Notes: generated by a model not told the origin, from the sequence alone. Counted from the stretch's first letter, positions 1-9,778 are shown. The stretch is DNA of 64,000 bases from Bacillota bacterium (GCA_023435745.1 JAEZMD010000018.1:472265-536264); one strand, 5' to 3'. Made by a program: numbers and translations.

Positions 1-155
1 CATAATGCAATAAATCTATTTCAGCTTAAAAACCTAGCAATTTGTCGGTAATTAATACCAATCAATCGAATTACTATACCTCCTTCATAAGCCTTCATAA
101 AAATTATTAAAGAGGCAAAACTATTACTGATAAAAATATGAAGGAGGAATTTAAT

Positions 156-581
156 ATGGCTCTTGTACCGTGGAACCCTTTTAGGGATATGGACAATATT
201 GGCAAGGAAATAAACAGCTTCTTTGACTTTCCCTCAAAGATATTTGGAGGTTTCTCTTCTCCCCGAGTGGATGTGTACCAGACGGAAGACGATGTAATTG
301 TAAAAGCAGAAATACCTGGTGTTTCAAAGGAAGATCTGAACTTATATATTGATGAGAACACTGTAAGACTTACAGGCCAGACAAAGAGGGAAAACGAATT
401 GAAGGATGAAAATGCTTACAGGACAGAACGGTATTACGGCAGCTTTTCGAGGACAATTCCGATGCCTGTCGAGGTAAAGTCCGAGAAGGCAAAAGCAGAG
501 TATAAGGATGGTATCCTTTCAATTAAAGTACCGAAGGTTGAACCAGCAAAAACAAAGTGTAAAAAAATTGATATTCAGTAG
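156..581 (+). CDS. Hsp20/alpha-crystallin family small heat-shock protein
   Basis: ORF 138..581 has alpha-crystallin-domain sequence (VDVYQTEDDVIVKAEIPGV...YYGSFSRTIPMP...GILSIKVPK). AAGGAGG at 141-147 lies 8 nt before ATG 156 (MALVPWNPF...), so the start is placed at 156 rather than 138. Confidence 0.9.
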   Translation: MALVPWNPFRDMDNIGKEINSFFDFPSKIFGGFSSPRVDVYQTEDDVIVKAEIPGVSKEDLNLYIDENTVRLTGQTKRENELKDENAYRTERYYGSFSRTIPMPVEVKSEKAKAEYKDGILSIKVPKVEPAKTKCKKIDIQ

Positions 582-593
582 AGTTAAATGGAG

Positions 594-621
594 GGCAGTC
601 TGGCAATTTTGTCAGGCTGCC
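594..621. terminator. stem-loop between convergent hsp20 and a small ORF (possible bidirectional terminator)
   Basis: ggcagtctggc (594-604) pairs with gtcaggctgcc (611-621): 11 bp including 2 G-U pairs, loop aatttt. Only a weak T tract follows. Confidence 0.4.
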
Positions 622-643
622 TTACGATGCATAAGTAAAGTTC

Positions 644-808
644 CTATTCGAAAAACGGCAAAATGTATTTCACCAGAAACCACAAGAAACCAAAAAATAT
701 TATCACATAAGCGGTATACTTGATAAAAGCTATCGCAACAGCCGTATAATCAGCTTTCTTTTCAACATGGGTATTTTTATATTCTCCGCCCTTCTCATCT
801 TCCCGCAT
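644..808 (-). CDS. small (54 aa) single-pass membrane protein, hypothetical
   Basis: Below the 60-aa cutoff of the ORF track; I translated it by hand: MREDEKGGEYKNTHVEKKADYTAVAIAFIKYTAYVIIFFGFLWFLVKYILPFFE*. GGGAGGA sits 6 nt upstream of the ATG (808). It has a charged N-terminus followed by one hydrophobic helix. Confidence 0.4.
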   Translation of the reverse strand: MREDEKGGEYKNTHVEKKADYTAVAIAFIKYTAYVIIFFGFLWFLVKYILPFFE

Positions 809-910
809 AATGATCCTCCCGTGCAGCTATAGATATAGTATTGCCCGTAGAGCTTTTTTGATGCAAAAAGCAGCACAAGTGTGGGAGGAAAATCAAAATT
901 CGAGCTTTTA

Positions 911-938
911 TTGACATATTATTTTAAATAGATATACT
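911..938 (+). promoter_or_regulatory. sigma-A-type promoter upstream of the DUF1848 gene
   Basis: TTGACA (911-916), 16-nt spacer, TATACT (933-938), about 100 nt upstream of ATG 1039. Confidence 0.45.
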
Positions 939-1038
939 GTTGTTACAACTAAGAGGCTGCTGATTGCGGCCCTTTATATATGGTTGCATACCTCCTTCTA
1001 AATGAAGTGATCGACGAGCAATAACGAGGCATGATATT

Positions 1039-1953
1039 ATGATATTAAGCGTTAGCAGAAGGACCGACATACCCGCATATTATTCGGAGTGGTTTATAAA
1101 CAGGCTGAAAGCTGGTTTTGTTTATATCAGGAATCCAATGAATAATGCTCAGATAAGCAAAGTTCTGCTTAATACTGATGTTGTAGACTGTATTGTGTTT
1201 TGGTCAAAAAATCCTCAGCCTATATTAGGAAAACTGGATATAATAGACAGCATGGGATACAAGTATTATTTCCAATTCACAATAACTCCGTACGATAAAG
1301 ACATTGAGACCGCACTGGTTAACAAAAGGCGGATTTTAGATACATTTATAAGGTTAAGTGACAGGATCGGAAGACAAAAGGTAATCTGGCGATATGATCC
1401 TATAATAATAAACGATCAATTTCCCATTGAGTTTCATATTGATTCATTCAATAAGCTAACAAATAAGCTTTCCGGATATACTGATGAATGCATTATTAGC
1501 TTCGCTGACCAGTACAGAAAAACTAATAAATACAATATTATTCGCGAAATTACTGAAACTGAAATGAATAAGATTGCTGAAGGATTCTCAGAAATTGCGG
1601 CGCAGAGGGGTATTACAATAAAAACATGCGCAGAAAAAATTGATTTGAGCAAATACAATATCCAACACTCTTCCTGCATTGACCGTGATAAGATCGAGAG
1701 TATTATTGATGCCCGTTTGAAGGATAAAGTAAAGAGAGATGGCCAGCGTAATGACTGCGGGTGCATTGAATGTATAGATATCGGAGCATATAACACCTGC
1801 AAAAATGGATGCCTGTACTGTTATGCGACATTCAACCTGGGACTGTCGGAGAAGAACTTCAAAATGCACTATCCTGATTCTCCTTTGCTGGTAGGATTGT
1901 CTGGTGACGTTAATGTGAGTGAACGAAGGGTAAAAAGTCTGAAAGAGAAATAA
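1039..1953 (+). CDS. DUF1848 family protein (C-terminal Cys cluster, probable Fe-S protein)
   Basis: The N-terminus MILSVSRRTDIPAYYSEWFINRLKAGFVYIRNP is characteristic of DUF1848. C-terminal cluster: CGCIECIDIGAYNTCKNGCLYCYA. Confidence 0.75.
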   Translation: MILSVSRRTDIPAYYSEWFINRLKAGFVYIRNPMNNAQISKVLLNTDVVDCIVFWSKNPQPILGKLDIIDSMGYKYYFQFTITPYDKDIETALVNKRRILDTFIRLSDRIGRQKVIWRYDPIIINDQFPIEFHIDSFNKLTNKLSGYTDECIISFADQYRKTNKYNIIREITETEMNKIAEGFSEIAAQRGITIKTCAEKIDLSKYNIQHSSCIDRDKIESIIDARLKDKVKRDGQRNDCGCIECIDIGAYNTCKNGCLYCYATFNLGLSEKNFKMHYPDSPLLVGLSGDVNVSERRVKSLKEK

Positions 1954-2043
1954 AAAGCACAAACAGATGGTACGCCTGGCCTGCTGGTGATAGTTATTTT
2001 TTTGATATGGTATTTTATAGGAAGAAATTAGTGATAGCGGGAG

Positions 2044-2925
2044 TTAAAATGCAATGTAAATATTTAACTTTCCATTGCTGAATTGTGCGCTTATCTTCCC
2101 ATTCATCTGCTCTGTCAGTGCTTTTGCAATAGAAAGCCCAAGACCGGTTGAACCTCTGCCATCCTCCACTGTGAAAAACCGATTAAACAATTGGCCAACT
2201 TTGATTTCATCAAGCTGTGGTGCGCTGTTCGAAAAAACGATTTCACCGCTGTCCAACAATGTGATTTTCAAATCCCCGCCGCTGTATTTAACGGCGTTGT
2301 TCAGGATGTTGCCGAAAACACGGGACAGCGCGTCGGCATTTAGAAACCTCGATATTTTTTGCCCGGTGATATTAATTTGGGGAATGATATTCTTTTCCTT
2401 CAGAACCGCATAATACGCGGCAATACTTTCTTCAAGCGCCTGATTCAACAATACTGGCTTACGGCTTTCATAAAGATTGACCGATGTAACAACTGAATAG
2501 GTGAACAGCTCGCCTGTCAGTTGCTTCAATGTATCGATGCGGTTTGTTATAATGCCGAGATAATGCCTGACCGTATCTGACGTATCTTCTCTGCGGAGCA
2601 ATTCCATATACCCGCAAATTGCGGTGAGCGGCGTTCGCAGGTCGTGGGAAATATTCGTTATGGCTTCCTTTAATTCCAGATCACCGCTTTGAAGCCGTCT
2701 ACGCTCCTTTCGGAGCAGGCGTAGCTGGGTATTCAAGTCTGCGGCGAGCCGCTTCATATGACGGTCGCCGCAGGAAATTGTAATCAGGGTGTTGGTGTCG
2801 GTGTCAAGTCTGGCTCCAAGCTCCGCACGGATTTCATCAGCTGCCCTGTGAAGCAGCACGACTTTAATAACCAGCACGGCAATGACGAGCACCAAAAACG
2901 CACATAAAACGTAAGGCCAGAACAT
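2044..2925 (-). CDS. sensor histidine kinase with one N-terminal TM helix and no extracellular domain (intramembrane-sensing type)
   Basis: H-box ISHDLRTPLTAI, N-box NILNNAVKYS, G-box STGLGLSIAKAL. AAGGAGGG lies 6 nt before the ATG. Last gene of the RR-ABC-permease-HK operon. Confidence 0.9.
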   Translation of the reverse strand: MFWPYVLCAFLVLVIAVLVIKVVLLHRAADEIRAELGARLDTDTNTLITISCGDRHMKRLAADLNTQLRLLRKERRRLQSGDLELKEAITNISHDLRTPLTAICGYMELLRREDTSDTVRHYLGIITNRIDTLKQLTGELFTYSVVTSVNLYESRKPVLLNQALEESIAAYYAVLKEKNIIPQINITGQKISRFLNADALSRVFGNILNNAVKYSGGDLKITLLDSGEIVFSNSAPQLDEIKVGQLFNRFFTVEDGRGSTGLGLSIAKALTEQMNGKISAQFSNGKLNIYIAF

Positions 2926-2936
2926 GATAACCCTCC

Positions 2937-3761
2937 TTACTTAAGGTCCTTCTTACGGAAGCGGAACAATCCGCAACCCGTCGAAACAAGTATAATGAGC
3001 AGCGAGTACAGCGGCATTTGCCACAAATGCGGCGTTGACTGTGTTGAAATCTCAATGGCCTGACCTGTCGGCAAGAAGTCGAGAAAAAAATGATAAATCT
3101 CACGTTTCATCCCGGTCAGGAATTGTGGGTTTTCTATCTGCCCCGGTGTAGGCTCAACACTGCCCAGAGAATCCGTAAACACATAGTTGTTGTAGAACTG
3201 CGGAGCCTCTAGCCTTGCGTTGATCATTGCTGCAAGAACAAACAGCGAGACAATGACAAGAATACAGATAACGGCGGCGAACGCCTTGTTCTGGTTTAAC
3301 ATACACAGCAGTGTAAACAGCGCGGTGCAGGCTATAACCATCATGAAGGCAACGAGAATGAGGATGACCACCGCTCCCATATTCGTCTCGGAAAGTCCAA
3401 GCAGCAACAGTCCGAAAGAAGCGACGGCGGCAAGATAGGAAAGACACATAATGATTCCTGCCGCCGAGCAGGTAATGAAATTGGACAGATAGACAGCGTT
3501 TCTTGAATGACCAACGATCAGCTTGTTGCGGATCGTTCCATCGCTGTACTCTGTGCCGATAAAAAGACTGCAAAACGCGGCGGAAACAATGCAGATAAGC
3601 ACTGGAAAAATTAACATCAGTTGATCCGCAGTCGCAGCAGGGTCATTTATGAGCTTCATAATAACGCCAAATATTCCTGCGGAAAACATGAACGCCATTC
3701 CGAACCAGAATATCTTGTCCTTCATCAAACGGGCAAAATTTGCCTTCAGCAGCTTATTCAT
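2937..3761 (-). CDS. ABC-2 type permease (lantibiotic/peptide-immunity-like, MutE/EpiE style)
   Basis: Polytopic hydrophobic protein of 6 predicted TM helices directly after the ATPase. Start placed at ATG 3761 (MNKLLKANF...), 8 nt after AGGAGG and overlapping the ATPase stop (ATGAATAA). The track ORF extends to 3770. Confidence 0.8.
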   Translation of the reverse strand: MNKLLKANFARLMKDKIFWFGMAFMFSAGIFGVIMKLINDPAATADQLMLIFPVLICIVSAAFCSLFIGTEYSDGTIRNKLIVGHSRNAVYLSNFITCSAAGIIMCLSYLAAVASFGLLLLGLSETNMGAVVILILVAFMMVIACTALFTLLCMLNQNKAFAAVICILVIVSLFVLAAMINARLEAPQFYNNYVFTDSLGSVEPTPGQIENPQFLTGMKREIYHFFLDFLPTGQAIEISTQSTPHLWQMPLYSLLIILVSTGCGLFRFRKKDLK

Positions 3762-4668
3762 GCCTGCCACCTCCTAACAGACTGATATAATAGCTCTCCA
3801 GGCTTTCGTCGCGCTCGTGTATTGACAGCACCTCGCAGTCTTCATTGTAAAGAGCTATCGTCAGAGAAGTAACATTCAATTTACCAAACACATCGGCTTC
3901 GCTTTCAGATACAACGTTGTAATCCATCCCCATGCTGTCCATCACACGGGTCAGAGCACGCATATCGGAGACGGTAAGCCTGACGCATTTCCGGCAGGCG
4001 GCCTCAAGCTCGGCGGCGCTTATTTCCTTCACCATTTGCCCGTGGTCGATGAAGCCGTAGTACGTCGCGAGGCGCGACAGCTCGTCGAGAATATGACTGG
4101 AGATGAGGACAGTTATTTGCCTCTCCCGGTTTAGCTTCAGAATCAGCTCGCGTATTTCTATGATACCCTCGGGGTCAAGACCGTTCACCGGCTCGTCGAG
4201 GACTAAAAAGTCCGGGTCGCCGGCCAGCGCTACAGCGATGCCAAGACGCTGGCGCATACCAAACGAAAAGTTCTTTGCTTTCTTCTTGCCGGTATTCTCA
4301 AGACCGACAAGTTTGAGAAGATCCGCAATACCCTCGAAAGACGGCAGGCCGAGAATCCGGTACTGCTCTTTTAAATTATCCTCGGCGGTCATGTCAAGAT
4401 AAACTGATGGGGTTTCCACCACCGCGCCCATTCTGCGGCGCATTTTCATTATGTCCGCATCATTGTTTTTTGTGCCATACAGTGCAAACCAGCCGGACGT
4501 GGGATTTTGCATACCGCAGATCAGCCTGATAAGCGTGGTCTTGCCCGCTCCGTTCTTACCTACAAAGCCGTAGATAGCGCCCTTTTCAATGTGCATGGAA
4601 AGCCCGTCCAGCGCTTTGAAGCTTTTGTATTGCTTCGACAGGTTTTCAACGGTCAATATATATTCCAT
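3754..4668 (-). CDS. ABC transporter ATP-binding protein
   Basis: Walker A GKNGAGKTT, signature FSFGMRQRLG, Walker B FLVLDEP. Start at ATG 4668 (MEYILTVENL...) preceded by GGAGGC. The track ORF extends to 4722. Confidence 0.9.
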   Translation of the reverse strand: MEYILTVENLSKQYKSFKALDGLSMHIEKGAIYGFVGKNGAGKTTLIRLICGMQNPTSGWFALYGTKNNDADIMKMRRRMGAVVETPSVYLDMTAEDNLKEQYRILGLPSFEGIADLLKLVGLENTGKKKAKNFSFGMRQRLGIAVALAGDPDFLVLDEPVNGLDPEGIIEIRELILKLNRERQITVLISSHILDELSRLATYYGFIDHGQMVKEISAAELEAACRKCVRLTVSDMRALTRVMDSMGMDYNVVSESEADVFGKLNVTSLTIALYNEDCEVLSIHERDESLESYYISLLGGGRHE

Positions 4669-4755
4669 ATATATGCCTCCTTTAGTTGATAAAGATATGG
4701 TAGCACTATATGGTAAAGACAACGGTTAAGGAAAGGGTAAAGATTCAGTAAAGAT

Positions 4756-5421
4756 TTATTCCTCATGCAGCTTAAACCCGATCCCCCAAACGGCCTCGAT
4801 GTAATCCTTTTTACCGGCCTCACGCAACTTTTTCCGCAGATTGCTGATATGTACCTTCAATGAACTTTCCATACAGTCTGGCGTATCAAGACTGATCAGG
4901 TCTAAAATCTGTGATTTTGTTACTACCTGCTTCGGGTTTCGCATAAGCAGCTTCAGAATCGCATATTCGGTCTTTGTCAGCTTTACTTGTATGTCGCTAA
5001 TGGTTACATCACGTGTGTTTGTATCGAGAGAAATCCCTTCGAATTCCAATACGGCAATATTCTCTGACGTGTCGATTCGCCGAAGCTGAGCCGCAATGCG
5101 CGCCTGCAGCTCATTTATATCAAATGGCTTTGTAACATAGTCTACTGCACCGCCTGTGAGCAGTGCAACCTTATCGTCAATACCAACCTTTGCGCTGACT
5201 ACAATGACCGGAATACCGGATGCTTTTTTTAGAACCTCTTCGCCTGTCAGCCCAGGCAGCATCAAGTCAAGCAGCATAAGATCCGGGTGGTTATCACGTA
5301 AAAGCAGAACAGCCTCCGTGCCTGAATAAGCTCGCAGAACGTCATAGCCTTCTTTTATAAGCACATCCTCAAGCATATTGCCGATATATACATCATCGTC
5401 TATAATCATGATCTTTTTCAT
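4756..5421 (-). CDS. OmpR/PhoB-family response regulator
   Basis: Receiver domain (MKKIMIIDDD...LMLLDLMLPG) plus a winged-helix Trans_reg_C domain (TKTEYAILKLL...VHISNLRKKL). Start at ATG 5421 after GGAGGT. Confidence 0.9.
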   Translation of the reverse strand: MKKIMIIDDDVYIGNMLEDVLIKEGYDVLRAYSGTEAVLLLRDNHPDLMLLDLMLPGLTGEEVLKKASGIPVIVVSAKVGIDDKVALLTGGAVDYVTKPFDINELQARIAAQLRRIDTSENIAVLEFEGISLDTNTRDVTISDIQVKLTKTEYAILKLLMRNPKQVVTKSQILDLISLDTPDCMESSLKVHISNLRKKLREAGKKDYIEAVWGIGFKLHEE

Positions 5422-5769
5422 TTGCAATACCTCCATGCTAAGGGCCGCCTATCAGTCAGTCAGTTAGCCTGTCTGTCTGTTATTATACCTCTTCTTTTAC
5501 GTGCTGTCAGGATGCCAAATGTAAATTATCCATCGAAATCTGCAGTCTGCCAAATCAAAGGATTCATACTCCTATATCGTACAGCCTGCCTGGCTAGAAT
5601 AAATACGTCTGTTTTACATGGATATTTTTAATGTTAAAAAATTACAGATATAAAGAATAGTTTTTTTTAAGCGATAATAAATTACCAGTATTTGATAATT
5701 ATCTCTATTTTGGCTTGCCATAACACAGTATAAAATTTATATTAATAATTTATAAATGGAGGAATGGTT

Positions 5770-6846
5770 ATGGCTAAAAAGTCAATCGTGTTATTATTGG
5801 TGCTGGCTATGCTGGCAGCTGTTTTCACAGGCTGTGCCCAGTCGAAATCAGGTAAGCTCGTTGGTGTAACGATGCCGACAAAATCGCTCCAGAGATGGAA
5901 TGAGGATGGCACCTTTGTTAAGGCTGCCCTGGAGGCAAAGGGATACAAAGTGGATCTTCAATATGCTGACAATCAACAGACCGTACAGAATACCCAGATT
6001 GAGAACCAGATCACCATGGGATGCGATGTTCTTGTCATAGCTTCGGTTGATGGCAGTGCTTTGGGCGGCGTTCTTAAGCAGGCAAAGGAAGCAAATATCC
6101 CCGTAATAGCTTATGACAGACTGATAACGAACACTGACAAGTGCGACTACTACGCTACATTCGACAACTATGGCATTGGCAAAATGCAGGCTGAGTTCAT
6201 TGAAAGTGATCTGGGACTTGACAAAGGCGAAAAGGGCCCCTTCTTGATGGAATGCTTCGGCGGTGACCCGGGCGATAATAACGCAGGATTGATTAGCCAG
6301 GGCTCCATGGACGTTCTACAACAATATATAGATAGCGGTGTACTCATAATTAAATCCGGCCAGACCAAATTCCCGGACCAGATCGCTATCACAAACTGGG
6401 ATTCCAAAGGAGCTCAGGACAGGATGGATAATCTTCTGACGGCATATTATGCAGATGAGAACATTGATGCGGTCCTGTCGCCGAATGACAGCCTTGCACA
6501 GGGCATCGTCGCTTCTCTGAAGTCCGCCGGATACGGCTCATCATCCAAACCTTTCCCGGCACTTACCGGACAGGACTGCGATAAGATTAACGTAGGCCAG
6601 ATCATTCGCGGCGAGCAATCAATGTCAATCTTCAAGGATACGAGAGTCCTGGCTGATCAGGTTATCGCTATGACGGATGCGATACTCGCAGGTGAGGAGG
6701 TCCCTACAAATGCCAGCTATAACAACGGAGTGATGGATGTTCCTTCATTCAACTGTGAGATAAAGTTTGCAAACAAGGATAACTGGAAAGAGCTGCTCGT
6801 TGACAGCAAATACTATGAGTTATCCGACATACCGGACGCTAAGTAA
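5770..6846 (+). CDS. sugar ABC transporter substrate-binding lipoprotein, ChvE-like (multiple-sugar/pentose type)
   Basis: Full-length similarity to Agrobacterium ChvE as I recall it (MPTKS..RW..DG, DLQYAD, QIENQ, VLVIASVDG, VIAYDRLI, YYATFDN, GPF..E.FGG.P.DNNA, RMDNLL.AYY, DAVLSP.D, GEQ..SIFKDTR). Lipobox LAAVFTGC. ATG 5770 lies 7 nt after GGAGG. Confidence 0.85.
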   Translation: MAKKSIVLLLVLAMLAAVFTGCAQSKSGKLVGVTMPTKSLQRWNEDGTFVKAALEAKGYKVDLQYADNQQTVQNTQIENQITMGCDVLVIASVDGSALGGVLKQAKEANIPVIAYDRLITNTDKCDYYATFDNYGIGKMQAEFIESDLGLDKGEKGPFLMECFGGDPGDNNAGLISQGSMDVLQQYIDSGVLIIKSGQTKFPDQIAITNWDSKGAQDRMDNLLTAYYADENIDAVLSPNDSLAQGIVASLKSAGYGSSSKPFPALTGQDCDKINVGQIIRGEQSMSIFKDTRVLADQVIAMTDAILAGEEVPTNASYNNGVMDVPSFNCEIKFANKDNWKELLVDSKYYELSDIPDAK

Positions 6847-6871
6847 GTTTGATGTATTGAAATGTATAAAA

Positions 6872-6898
6872 AATGGCGGTAGCATTGCTGCCGCCATT
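6872..6898 (+). promoter_or_regulatory. intercistronic stem-loop between the binding-protein and ATPase genes
   Basis: aatggcggtagc / gctgccgccatt: 12 bp with one G-U pair and a 3-nt loop, followed by tttaaat. Such hairpins typically stabilise or partially terminate the upstream SBP message. Confidence 0.5.
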
Positions 6899-6943
6899 TT
6901 AAATAACGAGAATAGAAAACCGGGTGTAATAAAGGAGCAGACA

Positions 6944-8494
6944 ATGTCGGAATATATCCTTGAAATGAAAAATATCACAAAAGAGTTCCCTGGCGTAACC
7001 GCTCTGAGCGATGTTACCATTCAAGTGAAAAGGGGCGGGATACATGCCCTGGTTGGGGAGAATGGGGCCGGCAAATCTACACTGATGAATGTTCTGAGCG
7101 GCATATATCCCTACGGTTCATATACCGGCGACATTATTTACAAGGGTACGGAATGCAGGTTTAAAAACATTCGTGACAGCGAAGCGGCAGGAATAGCCAT
7201 AATTCATCAGGAGTTGGCACTGAGCCCTTTCATGACTATCGCTGAAAACATTTTTTTAGGAAATGAAAGAGTGAAGAACGGTGTAATAAACTGGGATGAA
7301 ACAAACAAAGAAGCTATAAGATTAATGAAGAAAGTCGGCCTTAATGAAAGGTATACTGCACAGATAAAGAACATTGGCGTTGGAAAGCAGCAGCTTGTTG
7401 AGATAGCCAAGGCACTTTCGAAGAACTGCGAGCTGCTTATATTGGATGAGCCGACAGCAGCTCTCAACGACGAAGACTCAAACCATCTTCTCGAGCTATT
7501 AGGTACGCTTAATAAAGAGCATGGCATGACGTGCATTATGATTTCGCATAAAATCCACGAAGTCATAAAAATCGCAAACAGTATAACCGTTCTGCGGGAT
7601 GGCAGGACGATAGAGACTCTGGATAACACCGTACATGTCAGTGAAGGAAGGATAATAAAGGGGATGGTAGGCCGTGAGCTTACGGACCGTTTCCCTAAGC
7701 ATACGGCTAGGATTGGTGAGATAGGCTTTGAAATCAGGAACTGGGTCGCTTATGACCCTCTTGATGTGGAACGAGCTGTCATAAACAATGTCAGCATGTA
7801 CGTCAGAAAGGGCGAGATAGTTGGTCTCGCCGGGCTGTTGGGCGCGGGAAGGACAGAGCTTGCAATGAGCGTATTCGGCAGAGCCTACGGCAAAAGGATA
7901 AGCGGTACGCTTCTCAAGGATGGAATGGAAATAACTCTTGACAATATTGGGCAGGCAATAGCAAATGGTATAGCTTACGTTACCGAAGATCGTAAAACGG
8001 AGGGGCTGGTGCATATACAGGATATTAAGAAAAATATCACGCTGGCTAATTTGAAGGCAATTACAAGAGGTTTTATTGTAAACGAAGATGAAGAAATAAT
8101 TGTAGGAAAGGATTATAGGAAACGGTTTAACATAAAGTCATCAAGTGTGTTTCAAAAAGTGGGCAATTTATCGGGAGGAAACCAGCAGAAGGTGGTGCTT
8201 AGCAAATGGATCTTTGCATCCCCCGATGTGCTTATACTCGATGAACCTACGAGAGGAATCGACGTTGGAGCAAAGTATGAGATATACAAGATAATATTAG
8301 AATTGGCGGACGCCGGAAAATGCGTCGTAATGATTTCTTCGGAGCTGCCTGAAATTTTGGGAATTACGGACCGCCTGTACATAATCAACGAGGGACGTGT
8401 TGCAGGAGAAATGAAGACGTGCGAAGCGACCCAAGAGGATATTATGTCCACAATAATAAGAAGTTCGGCGGGACGACAGGGGGAAGATATATGA
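6944..8494 (+). CDS. sugar ABC transporter ATP-binding protein, duplicated ATPase (GguA/XylG/RbsA type)
   Basis: Two nucleotide-binding domains (GENGAGKST...ILDEPTAAL; GLLGAGRTE...LSGGNQQKVVL...ILDEPTRGID). Start at ATG 6944 (MSEYILEMKNITKEF) after AAAGGAG. The track ORF from 6767 is an upstream extension. Confidence 0.92.
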   Translation: MSEYILEMKNITKEFPGVTALSDVTIQVKRGGIHALVGENGAGKSTLMNVLSGIYPYGSYTGDIIYKGTECRFKNIRDSEAAGIAIIHQELALSPFMTIAENIFLGNERVKNGVINWDETNKEAIRLMKKVGLNERYTAQIKNIGVGKQQLVEIAKALSKNCELLILDEPTAALNDEDSNHLLELLGTLNKEHGMTCIMISHKIHEVIKIANSITVLRDGRTIETLDNTVHVSEGRIIKGMVGRELTDRFPKHTARIGEIGFEIRNWVAYDPLDVERAVINNVSMYVRKGEIVGLAGLLGAGRTELAMSVFGRAYGKRISGTLLKDGMEITLDNIGQAIANGIAYVTEDRKTEGLVHIQDIKKNITLANLKAITRGFIVNEDEEIIVGKDYRKRFNIKSSSVFQKVGNLSGGNQQKVVLSKWIFASPDVLILDEPTRGIDVGAKYEIYKIILELADAGKCVVMISSELPEILGITDRLYIINEGRVAGEMKTCEATQEDIMSTIIRSSAGRQGEDI

Positions 8495-9762
8495 ACAGTG
8501 AAAAGATATTGGTAAACCGTAATACACATGGAAAATACATAAACAGCATTAAAGAATTTATGAACCGTAACATACGGCAATATGGGATGATTTTTGCACT
8601 GTTTGTTATAATGGTGTTTTTTGGGATAGTGACCGGCGGCAAGCTTATCTGGCCAAGAAACGTGTCGATGCTGGTGCGCCAGAACGCCTATGTGCTGATA
8701 CTTGCCATAGGAATGATGTTTTGCATATTGACGGGAGGCAATGTCGACCTTTCGGTCGGCTCGTTGGTCGCCCTGGTAAGCGCTATGTCAGGACTGATGG
8801 CTACGACGATTGGCCTGCCATCATGGCTTGCAATAATCATCAGTATCATGACCGGCCTTTTGGCAGGTGTGTGGCAAGGCTTCTGGATTGCATATGTCAG
8901 GGTGCCGCCATTTATCACAACACTGGCAGGCATGCTTGTTTTCAGAGGCCTTAATAATATCATATTGGACGGACAGACCTTACCGCTCTCCGGCCTGTAT
9001 GTTACGATCGGGACTGGCTCGGTTCCCGATGTCGCTCCAAATACCGTCCCGGATTTTTTGCACATCGGCGAATTGCTTAAGTTACAAAACAAACCTGATT
9101 TTCTGAATGTAACGATGCTTATTGTGGGCCTTGCATTATCCATCATTTACGTTTTATTTGTGATTTTCAACAGAAAAAGTAAAATAATACGCGGTTATGA
9201 GGTATCGTCATTAATGTCGGTCACCGCAAAGGCTGTCTTATTCTTTATTTCTATTAATATTTTCGCTTACTGGCTGGCGATGGATGAAGGCTTGCCCATA
9301 ATGCTGATTTTACTTGCCGCTTTGTATGCAAGCTATACCTTTATTGCGACTAAGACTATTCCCGGACGGCATATTTACGCAATGGGAGGAAACATTAAGG
9401 CGGCGGAGCTTTCAGGGGTCAACACTAAAAGGATGATGTTTCTGGTGTATTCGAATATGGGGCTTTTAGCGGGTGTTGCAGCCGTAGTGACTGCCGGAAG
9501 AATGATGGCCTCCTCGCCGAATGTAGGAGCGAACTTTGAGCTTGACGCTATTGGTGCGTGCTTTATCGGCGGCGCTTCCGCATACGGCGGAATAGGAACT
9601 ATATGGGGTGCTGTTGTGGGCGCATTTATTATGGGCGTTATGAACAATGGCATGTCTATTATAGGCCTAAACGTCTTTCTGCAATCTGTCGCAAAAGGAC
9701 TGGTGGTGTTGCTCGCTGTAGCATTTGACATGTACTCGAAATCAAAGTCCAGACTCGGCTAG
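8491..9762 (+). CDS. sugar ABC transporter permease (GguB/XylH type)
   Basis: Polytopic membrane protein. ATG 8491 overlaps the ATPase stop (ATGA coupling). The C-terminal region (GGNIKAAELSGVN...) is typical of this permease family. Confidence 0.9.
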   Translation: MNSEKILVNRNTHGKYINSIKEFMNRNIRQYGMIFALFVIMVFFGIVTGGKLIWPRNVSMLVRQNAYVLILAIGMMFCILTGGNVDLSVGSLVALVSAMSGLMATTIGLPSWLAIIISIMTGLLAGVWQGFWIAYVRVPPFITTLAGMLVFRGLNNIILDGQTLPLSGLYVTIGTGSVPDVAPNTVPDFLHIGELLKLQNKPDFLNVTMLIVGLALSIIYVLFVIFNRKSKIIRGYEVSSLMSVTAKAVLFFISINIFAYWLAMDEGLPIMLILLAALYASYTFIATKTIPGRHIYAMGGNIKAAELSGVNTKRMMFLVYSNMGLLAGVAAVVTAGRMMASSPNVGANFELDAIGACFIGGASAYGGIGTIWGAVVGAFIMGVMNNGMSIIGLNVFLQSVAKGLVVLLAVAFDMYSKSKSRLG

Positions 9763-9778
9763 GTTGAACAAATAGTAT

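Noticed and set aside
1-155. A CIRCE/HrcA operator or other heat-shock element upstream of hsp20
   Set aside because: No TTAGCACTC-N9-GAGTGCTAA-like inverted repeat is present, and the upstream region is truncated by the window edge.
5453-5480. (CAGT)3-tagc-(CTGT)3 tetranucleotide micro-repeats 30-60 nt upstream of the response-regulator start, considered as a phase-variation tract
   Set aside because: Only three copies of each, which is too short for appreciable slippage. No frame or promoter-spacing consequence is evident.
6767-6943. N-terminal extensions of track ORFs (6767, 8419, 14096, 29636, 36286, 54942, 56765 and others)
   Set aside because: In each case an internal ATG or GTG with a proper GGAGG-type RBS coincides with the start of family homology. 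The extension overlaps the upstream gene or a hairpin.
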